Assembly (NCBI RefSeq): GCF_026571515.1
Contig: NW_026859550.1
Location: 1 to 64,000, forward strand
Length of the DNA stretch: 64,000 bases
Source of the DNA: Ruditapes philippinarum
Taxonomy: Eukaryota
Direction: 5' to 3'
The notes beneath the pieces were generated by a model that made no database searches, was not told the origin of the DNA, and saw only the letters and a program-made list of their open reading frames with translations. This document shows, in pieces, positions 49,201 through 61,998 of the stretch (position 1 is the first letter of the stretch; every line of letters begins with the position of its first letter). Both the position numbers and the translations under genes were made by a program.

Positions 49201-52189
49201 TGGGTGTATTTTTTCTTCAACCTGCCCAGTATTTCAATAGTTATCAACTCTGAATTGACAGATAATACAAAAAAAAAGATATTAATAACATGAAATTAAT
49301 ATTTGTTTTGACATGAAAGTTGTCTAGATTTTTCCTAGATTAGTGTTCTATTTGATGAAGGTTTGGACCAATAACTTGTATACGAAATTTCAGATTTGCA
49401 CTCACTTTGCTTGAATAACGTTTCTAATTGTGAAAAAAAATAATCCAAATTTTGAAGCGTTGCAATGCTTTTCAATCAAATCAGGCTAAGAATAGAACAA
49501 ACATATTACTATCAATTTATTTCTTTTTATATATCTTAATTATCCTTTGCATATCTCTGTTTTATTTGCCCCAGCTGATTTATGTAAGAAATTTAAATTT
49601 TATGTTTGAAGGCTTTTGACCTCAGTGGAGTTCCTGTGATTATCATTCAAATCGGTATAAATTTAATCGCAAACTTGCTTTTAAAAGGTATTGTCCGCTC
49701 TGTAGAATTTCAGTAGGTGGAATACTATAACTATCAAAATTTAATATATTATATATACTATATCTACAATGTTCATTAATGGTTTTTTGTATCTTGTTTA
49801 AATCATTTAAGAATTTAGAATTGACCAATTAATGTACTAATTAAGCTTTTGTTTGGTTGTATTTGTTATAATTGCTTGAAGGAGCGAAACAATGGGCTGC
49901 GCTTGATAAAGATTTTTTGGCAGCGATTATTTTGATGTTTTTTCACGATAGTGGAATAATTTAGTCCAAACGTCAGGGTTGAATTAGATAATAGTTACTG
50001 ATATGACAGGCTAATTGATTTTCTAAAGACATTCTTTTGCATTATAATTTTATTTTTTTGACTTTTTGAAATGTTTGTGTGAATGTTTGATTATAGAACA
50101 CAGAGTGTAAATGTAGATATATGTAGTAAATTAAAAGATTTATGAAGTTTGACTGGTTTAATCCAATTAAATTTTCATTTAACATGTCTGTTTTTGTCAA
50201 GTTAACATTTCAAAGATTGGCATAAAAAGTACATAAGGGAAGTCAGTTCAAGAAAATTAAATGCATTTAATATAGCCTTGATGCATGCCTCTGACACACA
50301 GCATCATCTGAATGAAATTATAGGTATAAGCCATTCTGCCAGCTAGCTGAGAACATAAGTAATTAACCTTTGCAACCAGTACAGAGCCAGGCCAAGCTTG
50401 CACATCTGTGAAGTCTTGTGTTGGCTGGTCAATGTTTGTGTTTTGATATTAAAATCCCTTCAAATTCAAATGTACTGTTCCAAAATCAAATCACAGTAGG
50501 TTGCTGTCCTTAAAAAAACAAAAAAAACTAAGTATTCATTTGTTGCAAGATATTGATGTAATATATACTCTGGTGTAACAGGAACAGGTTATGACAAGCT
50601 GTCAAATATTTATTTATAGCGGCATAAACTGCCGGGTTATCACCTGGGCTTAATACTCTATCAGGTTACGGTAGCCCCTTATTCTGTGTCCTATGATGCA
50701 GAAAGCTGGCACTTTGATGTTCTCCTAAGCTACCTTGATCAGAGTTATTTCTTTTGTTCTTTTTACAGCATAGCTATTTAATCCTGTAAGAATAACAAAG
50801 TAACGAACAAAAAAATCCAAGCCAGCTTAAATATGTTGTTGAACACATGTTCGATAACCGTGTTAATTTGGTATCAAATTTTCAGAAATTTTGCCACAAT
50901 TTCCTCATTGATACGATAAGAACATCATTAGCATGGTGTGAAAGAATTTAGAGAAGATATTGTGGAGTATTTTTTTTTTTTAGGATATATATTACAAAAC
51001 AAAGGCACCATGATTATACAACTTCTGGTAAACAATGTTTACTTCCATGTATACTAAATTTTGCAATTTTAAGAAAATTTTACAAAGTTGATACTTGATT
51101 TTAATACTTTTACACATTTGATTTACTGATCTTTTTCCTGAAAATGATCAAGGTGGTGAAATCTTAAAATTTATTTCCTTGTTTTGCAGAAATTTATTTT
51201 CTTTTCCTCTACAAAGTGATAGTTCCAATATAACTTCGAGTTGAATGAGATTTGTATGTACCAGACATTGGCTATTGTAAATCTTGTTGATATTGTATAT
51301 TAGCATATAAAGAGCCCACTTGATGGCTGAAAGAAGAAATCTGTGTTGGTATTTGTATAACGGTAAACTTAACCTTGTTAACATACGCATTTCTAATGTT
51401 TTGTTATCGTCATAAATATCATTATTGTTTTACAGTTGAACAGACGGCATCCGGTCGTTGTTGCTAAAAAAAAAAAAGAACTAAATTTGTGTAACGGTTT
51501 TAGTATAAATTATTTGGTTAAGACGCCTTTCTCAAGTGTTCGAATGTTTAAATAAGCCCTATTGATGACCCAATAACTTCCGGTCCATGTACTCCATGTA
51601 AATTTGTCTGGTTGCGAGAAATCAATAGAAAAATGTTGAAACTGTCGTCAAAGTTATGTAGCGTAATTTACTCATATAGCTAGCCTACCTGAACTTTGTT
51701 CTGTTGTATAGCTCTCGTTCTTAAAAGTGATTTCAATAATCCACGGAGAAGAGGGGAAAAAAAAGGGAAAATCGTTAAGTGTCTTTGGATATAATTTGGG
51801 TGAATGTTTGCTTTTTCAGAGGTTTGCTCTTTTGAGATTACATTCTTTTATTGGGTTGTATTGCACTTTGTGAGTTGATTGTCAATATTTATTTGGTGAT
51901 TTTATTGCAAGAATAGATAGATATTACGTTTATATGTGAATTCTTCTTTTTTTGTGTCTGTGTTTTGTAAATTTATGAAAAGGATTCGACTTTTGTTGTA
52001 AGGTTTTACTTTTTGAGGATGTAACAATTGTGGATAATGGGATTCGTATTTTACTTTAAGATTTTTTTTGAGTAGACTATTCATTTTTTTTAAGAAAGAA
52101 TGCTTTCTTAGTGGAGTTTTGTTTGTTTAATGCTTTGTGTAGGTAGTTTAAATTTTGACATATTTGAATATCAGGGTATTATAAATACT

Positions 52190-53205
52190 ATGTCACATAA
52201 TAATTGTAGCTGGGGGTTCGAATCCTTCCATGTTACATTATAACTGGGGATTTGAACTCGACTATATCACGTAATACTGGGGTTTTAAACTGTGCTATAT
52301 CACATAATAGCTGGGGTTTTAAACTCTACTATATCACATGATAGCTGGGGTTTAAAACTGTACTATAATGCATAATAGATGGGGTTTTAAACTGTACTAT
52401 ATCACATAATAGCTGGGGTTTAAAACTGTACAATATCACATAATAGCTGGGGTTTAAAACTGTACTATATCACATAATAGCTTGGGTTGTAAACTGTATT
52501 ATATCACATAATAGCTGGGGTTTAAAACTGTTCTATATCACATAATAGCTGGGGTTGTAAACTGTACTATATTACATAATAGCTGGGGTTTTAAACTGTA
52601 CTATATCACATAATAGCTGGGGTTTTAACTGTACTATATCACTTAATAGCTGGGGTTTTAACTGTACTATATCACTTAATAGCTGGGGGTTTTAACTGTA
52701 CTATATCACTTAATAGCTGGGGTTTTAACTGTACTATATCACATGATAGCTGGGGGTTTTAACTATACTATATCACTAAATAGCTGGGGGTTTTAACTAT
52801 ACTATATCACATAATAGCTGGGGTTTTTAACTGTACTATATCACTTAATAGCTGGGGGTTTTAACTGTACTATATCACTTAATAGCTGGGGTTTTAACTG
52901 TACTATATCACTTAATAGCTGGGGTTTTAACTGTACTATATCACTTAATAGCTGGGGGTTTTAACTGTACTATATCACATAAAAGCTGGGGTTTTAAACT
53001 GTACTATATCACATTATAGCTAGGGTTTTGAACTGTACTCTATCACTTAATAGCTGGGGGTTTTAACTGTACTATATCATATAACAGCTCAGGGTTTGAA
53101 CACACTTTATCACATAACAGTTGGGGATTTGAACCCTTCAATATCACATAATAGCTGGGAATTTGAACTATACTATATCACATAATAGCTGGGGTTTGAA
53201 CATTA
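52190..53205. repeat. 32-33-bp minisatellite (ATAGCTGGGGTTTTAA(A)CTGTACTATATCAC(A/T)TA)n, about 30 units
   Basis: Contiguous head-to-tail units, homogeneous in the centre and diverged at both edges. Confidence 0.95.
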
Positions 53206-53219
53206 CAATGTCATTTAAT

Positions 53220-53405
53220 GGCACTGGTGATAAATGGCCTTATGTAAAGGTATTGATCTCTTAACCCTGGGTTTGTGAGGTCAAGCTCTACATGTTTCCT
53301 TATGTGGCACCAGTACTGGTTTATGCCAGGAAATGAACCTGAGAGCAATCTTATAATAAGCTGGGAATGCTCCTCACAAACAGTCTGAAATACATAGGTT
53401 TTAAT
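53220..53405 (+). mobile_element. Degenerate family B SINE
   Basis: TGGCCTTATGTAAAGG..TCTCTTAACCCTGGG head, CACCAGTACTGGTT core, CTGAAATACATAGGTT tail; similar to the copy at 35187. Confidence 0.65.
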
Positions 53406-54472
53406 TAAGACTGATTTTAAAATTTCTGGAAATATGTTAAATGCTAAAACTGTTGAATACAGAAAATGTGGTAAAAGCGTTTTTGTACCTTTAAATTATT
53501 TCACTTCATGGTGTTTTTTCTGCAGAATAATTAAATGTAGTATATGTAATATATTCAAGTTTTGATTTATTATTATGACTTTATGAGTCATAGAAATCCT
53601 ATTGTGCAGTGCAGTTTTTACATTACGCGTAAATCCATAAATGTTTACCTGTTTAAACATTCATTTAATTTTTCCTCATTGCTGCCATTGCAATCAAAGT
53701 GTAATATGTTAAATGTTTTAAGTAGGAGTTAATACTTGGGGGAAAATTGAAACGTCATTGTTTTCTATTGATATTTACGAATTTATGATTTTGTTTATGG
53801 TTTATGATTTTGTGTATTATGTAAAACAAAAAAGTTTCTTTGAATAGCTGATAAACAAATAGCAAGGAGTTGAGATTAATTAATGGACTGCCATAATATA
53901 TTCTGTATGGATATTACTTATATTTGATTGGTAAGTAAAATGAATTGGAATGAATTACGGATTTTGTTTGAATTACTTGTATATTTTGTTGTGCCATATT
54001 TAGATAGGTTTATTACTGTGTGATATTTTGAGGAAGCTAAATCATTATATAAATAACACATAGTTTTATATCAGTAAAAATAATTATCCAGGGGAAATTA
54101 ATGTTACCGAAGGCGTAAGAATAACTCCCATTGGCCTATGAGAAATTAACTTTACAAAAATAGTGAGGGGTAATAATACAAAATATGATTGTTATTATTA
54201 AACAATAGCATTTATTGTTTGCCTGAAAATATGTTTTGAAATGAACTGAAAATGTTGATGATGATTTGTTGCGGTATTGAATACAATTTGTACAGTATGC
54301 TACTGTCACAGTTCAAATACCATGATAAATGTTTTGTATGATGTATTCAATAAAAATGCAAAATCACATGAATATTACCTCCATTTTGGAGAATTGCAAT
54401 GTTGTCATTTTCTACCTCTTTTGTGAAGAGTTTACAGGAAGTTGAAGAATGGTATTTAATGTATATTTTCAG

Positions 54473-54538
54473 GGAGACGGACAGAGGGAGAGAGGGATTT
54501 ACATTAAGTCTGTTGTACCGGAAGGAGCCGCTGCTATT
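54473..54538 (+). CDS. AFDN: Afadin exon 18 (PDZ; GDGQRERGIYIKSVVPEGAAAI)
   Basis: attttcag acceptor, ATT|gtaagt donor, phase 0 to 0; GIY.KSVV..GAA PDZ motif. Confidence 0.96.
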
Positions 54539-56329
54539 GTAAGTGATTTAAAATCACAATTATAAAAAGTATGTCCCATACTATCAACTGTAAACCCATT
54601 CTTTTATTGTATTAAAGTTATTTCCTACATTAATGGACTTAAATTTAGGGGTTCCTGGCTAACAATAGTAGAATTTAGCTGTGAATTGTAACTGGTATGG
54701 CCATTCAGCATGGATATATCATGTATGTTTGGTCACTGGTCTTGTACCCTTTACTGGTAGTCTGTATGGGAAAGCATGATTCGATCAAGAGTTTGATTCC
54801 AGGCTGTTTAAATCTTTCGTTACTGGTGGCGAGGACTGACCATCATCCCAACCAGTTCCAGAGGGAATTCCAACGGTTGAAAAGGTTTTGTTATTGAGGT
54901 TTGAATGAAGGAATACTTCAATCTGTTTATTTTGTGGTTAAAAAAGTGGAATGTTTTAGATACCAAAGACTAAAATAAAATGGATATCTGTAACAATGAG
55001 GATATGATTTGATAAACAGATAGTAGGGTGATAGCTAGACAAAAGTGTTCAGAGAATGAGCGATAAAGATTGTCAGTTTAATCACATGCTTTTGACGGGC
55101 CATTATTGCATCATTATTTGTTTTTCCTTTACATTCTCATGAATAATAATAAACTTGTTCCATAATGCCTGTTTTGTTGTGAACAGCAATGCTGTATAGT
55201 ATATAGTTGTATACCCAGTACCTTTTATATGGCTTCATTTTGAAAGCATGGGGAGAAAACTAAATCTCACATCAATGTCTAAATTAAATCAAACCGTACA
55301 CAAAAGTGCATGTGAAGATTTGAAATTACCTTTAATCATGTCGGAGATTTGTATTGATTATGCAAATCGCATACTTGATCTCACCTGTCAGTCATTACGT
55401 TGAGGTCATGCACTGTCGCACGAGTGAAATTTACATAAAACGTACTACGATTTCCTGTAGTCTCATTCGGTAACGGATATAATTAAATTTTCAAATTTGA
55501 ATTCAAAAGAATTTCAATTTGGCACGAAAGAAGAAAATCGGCCTTGAGTTTTTGTTACATTTGAAGAGTTGAACATAGAATATGGGATCTAAATAGGGTC
55601 TCTGTTATATTGTACTGTGCTTTAAAATTAAGTAATTAAGATTTATATTGCACTTAAGATATGTAACAATCCAGTTATATATTAAACTTCGAGTTAAAGG
55701 CCAGATAAATAAATCATATTCATTTCAAGTTTGAAAGTCTTACATTTCACTGTGTATTAAAATTTACTTTCAGTTTCCTTATTTTGATTTTTATTTAAAC
55801 AGTAGTTTTTACCTGTATTTGTAAGTTTTAGAAAGAAGTAAATTCATTTAAATTTTTGTTACAAAAATTGCATTTTGATAATTCTGATTAAGTATGCAGA
55901 TAATTGTTGTGGTAAATTTAAATGGTTTTGTGAGTAATTAAGTTTCGAGAAAATGAAATGAAGAAATTTGTCTTCATTTTAACAAATTTTACAAAATAAT
56001 TGTGTGCATTTTGTTATTGTAATTTATGATACGGCAAGTGGGCGAAATAATATATTTTTCAAGTACAAGTAATTTGCCGCTCGTTATATTGTAAAATTAT
56101 TCCTGTGTTTCCCTTCAAATGATGTTTATTAAAGAAACAAAAATAACTTTATTCTACAAACGCCTCTTCATTTTATATTTTATACGGTTGAATATGTCTG
56201 AAACATTAAGATTTATTAAGCGGAAATGTGTCTATTGTGTGCAAAAAAGATTTGGCTGGATAATTAAGTTTTGAAAACAAGAAACATATTTTAAATATAC
56301 AAAATTATATATTGTTAATACTTAAGATA

Positions 56330-56664
56330 CAGTGAAACCTGTTTTTAAGTCCATTTCTTAATAATGACTTTATATACATTATAAAATTATCACTAAAGGC
56401 CATATTATGTATTATGAATACATATTATAACACAGGTATCTTGACCTTGAACTTATATTTGACTGAAGTGAACTTTGACATTCGCTGATCGCAGGAGGCG
56501 TTAAGTACCATGAGTTTCTTATAACATTTATGAGAGTTTAACATATAAAAGAATGTATCAATAGTCCTTTTGTACCATATAACTGACTGCATTCTACTTT
56601 AGAGATCATCTGATGATTTTAATTGTGTTTCCCTTATAATGGTTTTTGTGTACAGGTGTTACTG
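56330..56664. mobile_element. TA-flanked MITE (CAGT termini), 335 bp
   Basis: TA|CAGTGAAACCTGT ... ACAGGTGTTACTG|TA imperfect TIRs. Confidence 0.65.
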
Positions 56665-57905
56665 TAGCAATAGCTGGGTGTGAAGATAACATTGCTTTTA
56701 AAATTACGGATAAACTTGTTTATAATGTACTTTCTGTGAAATAATTTTTTATAAATGTTTGTTAAAACTGAAAATGGGCTTGTTTACCTATAAAGAATGT
56801 ATGGAATGCACACATTTTTGTAATCAACATGTAGTTCATGTTCTTGAAAAACAGATTAGGCCACTTTTACCTGACCACAAAACAATGCTGAAAATTGGAA
56901 GCAAAACCCCCCTTCTTTTATGAAGAGTATTTCTTGTGTAATATTAATGCTATTTAAAGATTATATCTATAACTGTGTAAATATTGACTCAGAGGAACGA
57001 CTTTTGTTCAAAAAAGGAATTTCGCTATATGTAATTGAATTTTGTAGCGATAAGTCGATAAATGATTAACATTTTATTGTACGGGTTGTGCACGTTGAGA
57101 ACGGAGGTTGTTTTGGATGAACTTTATAATTATTGAACTTCAAATTTTGGATACTTAGCTTACAAGAGGAAAAAGGGAATAAGATTAATTTACTAAAAGG
57201 GTTTGAGTGAAAGTTTTTGACAGGTGAGATCATGTGATGCAATAGTAATTTAATGATTTGTATTAAATCAGTATGACTTCTATGTTGAAGGTTTTAACAT
57301 GTGATATTTTGTTGATAACATTCATATAAAGAAGATCAGTCAGTGTTGAATAAGGAAGGCTTAACCAAAATAAGTGAATCATACAGAAGATATTCAATCT
57401 ATTAATAGTAACACCATCTATATACATGTGTTGTAAATATAGTTATTACAAGTGTTAACAAATATAGGAAGTACAAAAAAGTAATTAAATATTGGTACGG
57501 TACAAATTGAATAACACCAGTTATTTGTAACTTTAAAGTCCAGCTTCTCTCCAAAAATAGCATGGGCTATGACTTTTTAGACCTGGTAAAATCTCCACCC
57601 TACAGGGAGGACATTATAAGGGTTGTACAATTTTCACTTGTTTGTTAGCCTATATTCCTGTTAATTTTTTTGTTTTTGTGTAAAAATGTATTGAAACCAC
57701 TGCATTGACCTATTATTTTCAATTTACTCACTTTTTAGAATTGCTTAATTCATTTATACCCATTAAAAGTTGCATTTTATTGCATGCCTTGTTTTTGGTA
57801 CAGTGTCCAGTGTACATAATTATGTTTACAAAGTGTGATGAAAATTTCAACAATGTTATTTACATGATGTAATTTTCTTATGACAATGTAATTTTCTATT
57901 TATAG

Positions 57906-57979
57906 GATGGGCGACTACAAGCAGGAGATCAGCTGTTAGAAGTAGATGGCAAAAGTCTGGTGGGATTAACTCAAGAAAA
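57906..57979 (+). CDS. AFDN: Afadin exon 19 (PDZ; DGRLQAGDQLLEVDGKSLVGLTQEK)
   Basis: tttatag acceptor, AA|gtaagt donor, phase 0 to 2. Confidence 0.97.
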
Positions 57980-58125
57980 GTAAGTTTTGTTATCTCTTAT
58001 ACGTACAAACTATTATCATTATAGAATGTGGCTTCTGAAATGTTTTTAGTTATCGAGTGTCTATATTAGTGTTATCCGTTTGAATACAAGAGGACCTTTT
58101 ACACTTTTACTCAGTCTGATATACA

Positions 58126-58335
58126 GCCTCCGTGGTCGAGGGGTTAGAGTCGATGACTTCTAATCCAGTTACCTCTGGAGTGGGTTCGATCCCCGGGAGA
58201 TGCTTTGGTAGTTTAGCACGGAGGAAGGTAGTCTAGTACTGGTGTAACTCTCCAGGAACGATGGTTAGGAAACTACCCGCCTATATGACTGAAATACTGT
58301 TGGGAAAAGGCGTAAAATCAAACAAACAAATAAAA
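58126..58335 (+). mobile_element. tRNA-derived SINE, family C
   Basis: A box TGGTCGAGGGG, B box GGTTCGATCCC, tail CCGCCTATATGACTGAAATACTGTTG..GGCGTAAAA(CAAA)n. Confidence 0.8.
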
Positions 58336-58727
58336 CTGTCTGATCAGGCTTAATTTTAACATTTTGGTTAAATTGGCAACAGATTGTTCAGAATCCAAAA
58401 CACAACATGTTATTGTGACAATAATGTTTAGCCATTAGGTATAAGTATAGTCACAGTTTTGTACATCAAGGTCCTTGTCAGAGATTTTAGATTTTTGTTG
58501 AAACAAATTTCAGTGAAACAATCATATACATGAAATACCTTTGATAAATTACATTTAGTATATAAATAAACTTTTTTATTTGTGTTGATGAATATTGTAT
58601 ATATGTTTAATTTACAGCGCTGCAAAAGTTTTCTTCTCTTCTTTGTATATTTTCATTCAGTATGATATACATTTTCATTTATTTATATTTTCAAATGGTA
58701 TTGTATAATATCATGTTTTATTTACAG

Positions 58728-58846
58728 AGCGGCTGAGCTTATGACTAGGACTGGTAATACTGTAACATTAAAAGTTGCTAAACAAGGTGCCATCTACCAC
58801 GGCCTAGCCACACTCCTCAGTCAACCATCACCCATCATGCAACGAG
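58728..58846 (+). CDS. AFDN: Afadin exon 20 (PDZ end; AAELMTRTGNTVTLKVAKQGAIYHGLATLLSQPSPIMQR)
   Basis: tttacag acceptor, G|gtttgt donor, phase 2 to 1; near-identical to the afadin AKQGAIYHGLATLL motif. Confidence 0.97.
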
Positions 58847-59053
58847 GTTTGTGAACTTTTTCTAGCAAGACTCTGTTATACACTTGTTAGTTATGATTAA
58901 TAAAATAGATATTAATGTAAAAGTTACAAATTTGAGCCACAAGATTTGTAATTAATGGGTCAATGGTTTTAATCTTTGGGCAAGGCAAAATTTCCCAGTG
59001 AGAATTGATCTCGGACCTTGATGCCTTGGTCATATGCTTAGAAATTAGTAATT

Positions 59054-59174
59054 ACTGGTTAGTTATCCAGGACACTGGTTAGTTATCCAGGACACTGGTT
59101 AGTTATCCAGGGCACTGGTTAGTTATCCAAGACTCCGCTTAGTTATCCAGGACACCGCTTAGTTATCCAGGACA
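59054..59174. repeat. 20-bp minisatellite (ACTGGTTAGTTATCCAGGAC) x about 6
   Basis: Head-to-tail units. Confidence 0.92.
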
Positions 59175-59729
59175 GCCAGTTAGGTTGACCAACTGCCAAG
59201 GTATAACCCATATATGTTGAAATGGGTATAAAAAACTAGACAAAATTATGTCTGAGGTACAAGCATGCAGTTGATGCAACAAACTTGAACCTTGTAAATT
59301 AGTGTAAGAATGATAGTTACAGATCTGTTGTAATTTGAAATAATGCATTAACTGAATATAACAGCAGGTGTGACCAGTGTTATCTTGCATGTATGTTTTT
59401 GTTGAAGTATCATGCAATAGAAATGTTGTATACCTGAACTTATGTTGTCTGTAGACAGTGTATGACATTAAGATGTTGCATGTATTTGGTACAAACAAAA
59501 TATACATGATTTGCACTTTACTTGAAACTATGAAATTTTGTGAGTGACAACAACTCAATAGTAACCAAAACACATTTAATGGTTTAGATGTTTCCATGTT
59601 TAGTCTAGCAAGTTGTGTTTTTGATGCAAGGAAGACAGTTTGATAAAAGTCTGTCTACAGCATATATTAAAAGTTAAAGATAGCATTTTGCTTTATAATT
59701 TTGCAACCTTGTGAATGATTTAAGTAATT

Positions 59730-59960
59730 GGCCTCTGTGGTCATATAGATAAAGAGTTGCTGTTGATCAGCATTCTACCAGGAACTCCTGATACTCTAGT
59801 GTGAGAAAGTTATCCAGTTAGTTTATTAGTTTTTGGAAGGTGGTTGGTTTATTCATGTGCCCACCCGTGCTTGCACATAAAATTTTCATCCAATAAAAAA
59901 GCTGGATAGTCAGTGTTGGTTTGATGTTAAACCAACAACAGAAAAACAACAAAGAAAACC
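59730..59960 (+). mobile_element. Degenerate family A SINE
   Basis: GGCCTCTGTGGTC head, GTGAGAAAGTTATCCAGTTAG, GTGCCCACCCGTGC, AAAGCTGGATAGTC, (AAC)n tail. Confidence 0.65.
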
Positions 59961-60548
59961 CCATCAAACTTAAGTTGATTCATGCAAGTAACTTGCTGTA
60001 ATAATTACAATGTAACCTTTGCGGATCAGCGCTATGTATAGCAATATACTCATTAAAACAACAGTTACTGTATAACTTCCTCCTTAAGTAAGACTTTCGC
60101 TAGAAATGAAACCTATCTAGAGCATCAACTCGGCAACAACCAAAATCGTTGTCTCCCAATAGGTGTTGTTTTACAGAGGTTTTACTGTAGATGTAAGGTC
60201 AGCTAAGTTCACCGTATTTAATTGATTATATGATCATGATTATTGTCATTAAACATAACATTCATTCAGATGAATTCATTGTCTTGTCTCGACAGTTGTT
60301 GTTAATGTATCTTAATGAATATTTTATCGAAGCATTTTCAGTATCCAAAGTTTTCAAGTTAGTGAGACATTCCAGGGCAGATGTATTGATGTTATTTACT
60401 TAACTGAAGCAGATTTGGAAATAAAATAGTTTAAATATTTTTCTGGCCTTTTTGTGTTGCCTAGATCACTTCTCCATTGTCCGTCTGTTCGTCCGTCCCT
60501 TGTCCGTCACAAAGCTTGTATTTTAAAAATGTTGCTTTTTTCTTACAG

Positions 60549-60731
60549 CTTCCCCTCAGAAGACCCCTATGACACCTAGTAAACAGCGCCCTGGCGAGGA
60601 CGGCCCACCTCCCTACAATGGCATGCCAGAAAATGATCGTAGACCAGGCATGCAGAAAGGTACACTGCCTCGTGATATGAGAGGTCAAGGTCTTCGTGGC
60701 CCTGATAGTAGATCTTCTCCAGCTCTCAACA
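60549..60731 (+). CDS. AFDN: Afadin exon 21 (post-PDZ Pro-rich; ASPQKTPMTPSKQRP...SRSSPALN)
   Basis: ttttcttacag acceptor, A|gtatgt donor, phase 1 to 1; RSSP motif. Confidence 0.88.
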
Positions 60732-61048
60732 GTATGTATCTGACTGAAAATAACCTCGTTATTTACAAGGGGTTTCTAAAAGGCACTGCACAATAGGATA
60801 GTTATAGTGCTTGTTACAGTGGAATATGACAGATATGTTTTTGGCCTATTCAGTTTCATGGTTATTAAGCCTTGGGTTAGGTCACACCTAAACTTTCTTG
60901 AGGTAAAGTTTGAGGTCAAGGTATACCATTGAAGCTTACATGAAATTTTCTGATACTGTCATCCACTACACTAGCAATCACTATAACTTACATAACATTA
61001 TTTCCGAGTATTAAATACTTATCTAGCGATCTCATGTATTGGTTTCAG

Positions 61049-61675
61049 CTCGCCACAAATCAAGGCGAAAGAGATCGTCTTTTAAGCGAGAGAGACGTAA
61101 TACATGGCATACAGGCATTGTTCCAGAAATGGTTGAAACAGTCGAGAAGCGGGACAAACTGGTCTCGGTTGAGTACACTATTCCAGGCTACAGGTCGGGA
61201 CGTAAACTTCCACCCAATTATCAAGCAAGAAAAGAAATAGAAAAGTTAAAAGTTCAGGTCCCTATTAAAGTATTGAAACAGAAAGTGGAAGCCTGTGAAT
61301 TACGAGATTACCGCGCAAAAGCTGAAAAATTAACACCTAAGGGGGAGTACTTTGGAATGAAGAATTTTCATAGGTCTCTATCACTGGCGAGTTACTTTAG
61401 TCGTGGAACCTTATACAGTTACCCACGAAAAACTAGCACACCTTCGTTAATTGAGCTCGTATCTGCTGAGGATGGCGGCGGAGAGGATGATGTTTTTGAA
61501 AGTGGTTTAAGTTCAAGTCGATCTGAGCCAGGGACGTGTTACCCCTCGTCAAGCCAGCAGTCAAAAAGCGACTCTGAGCTTATGAGAAGTTGGCTTGCTA
61601 GAAAAGATAACAATAATAATAATGATCTGTTGAAATCAAATAAGAAATTGAATGATTGTGAAATGTGTTCAAACA
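61049..61675 (+). CDS. AFDN: Candidate afadin cassette exon 22 (627 nt, 209 codons, phase 1-1)
   Basis: ggtttcag acceptor and A|gtaagt donor bracket almost the whole 61039-61719 ORF. Its length is a multiple of 3 and it is in frame with exons 21 and 23. No afadin similarity that I recognise. Confidence 0.7.
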
Positions 61676-61998
61676 GTAAGTTGTATCTGTGTGCAGTGAT
61701 GATTGAAAAGTTTACTTAAAAAAATCATTCCATATGGACACCTATTTGCTTTTCATGTAAAATTTGTATTTTCCAGAACAAATTTCTATTTTACTTAAAT
61801 ATGAAACAAAATGTCTTCATATTGTACTTTCTTATATTTGTTTTCATATAAAATGCTTTGCATTAAACTTCTTGGATAAATGGTTTGAACAAGTATTCTT
61901 TGTGGAACTGTTTTTATTCAAGAATATTTAAAATCAATGCTTTGGAAATGATGTGAATTTTCATAATTGTAATTTAATATTTTGTAACTTTATTTTAG

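Noticed and set aside
52190-53205. Regular 32-33-bp repeats resembling a CRISPR array (also 59054-59174 and 36326-36485)
   Set aside because: Units are head-to-tail with no unique spacers, there are no cas genes, and the context is a eukaryotic intron.
59163-59597. 144-aa minus-strand ORF
   Set aside because: No recognisable domain, residue usage typical of AT-rich intron, and it ends in a minisatellite. Cannot be fully excluded without a database search.
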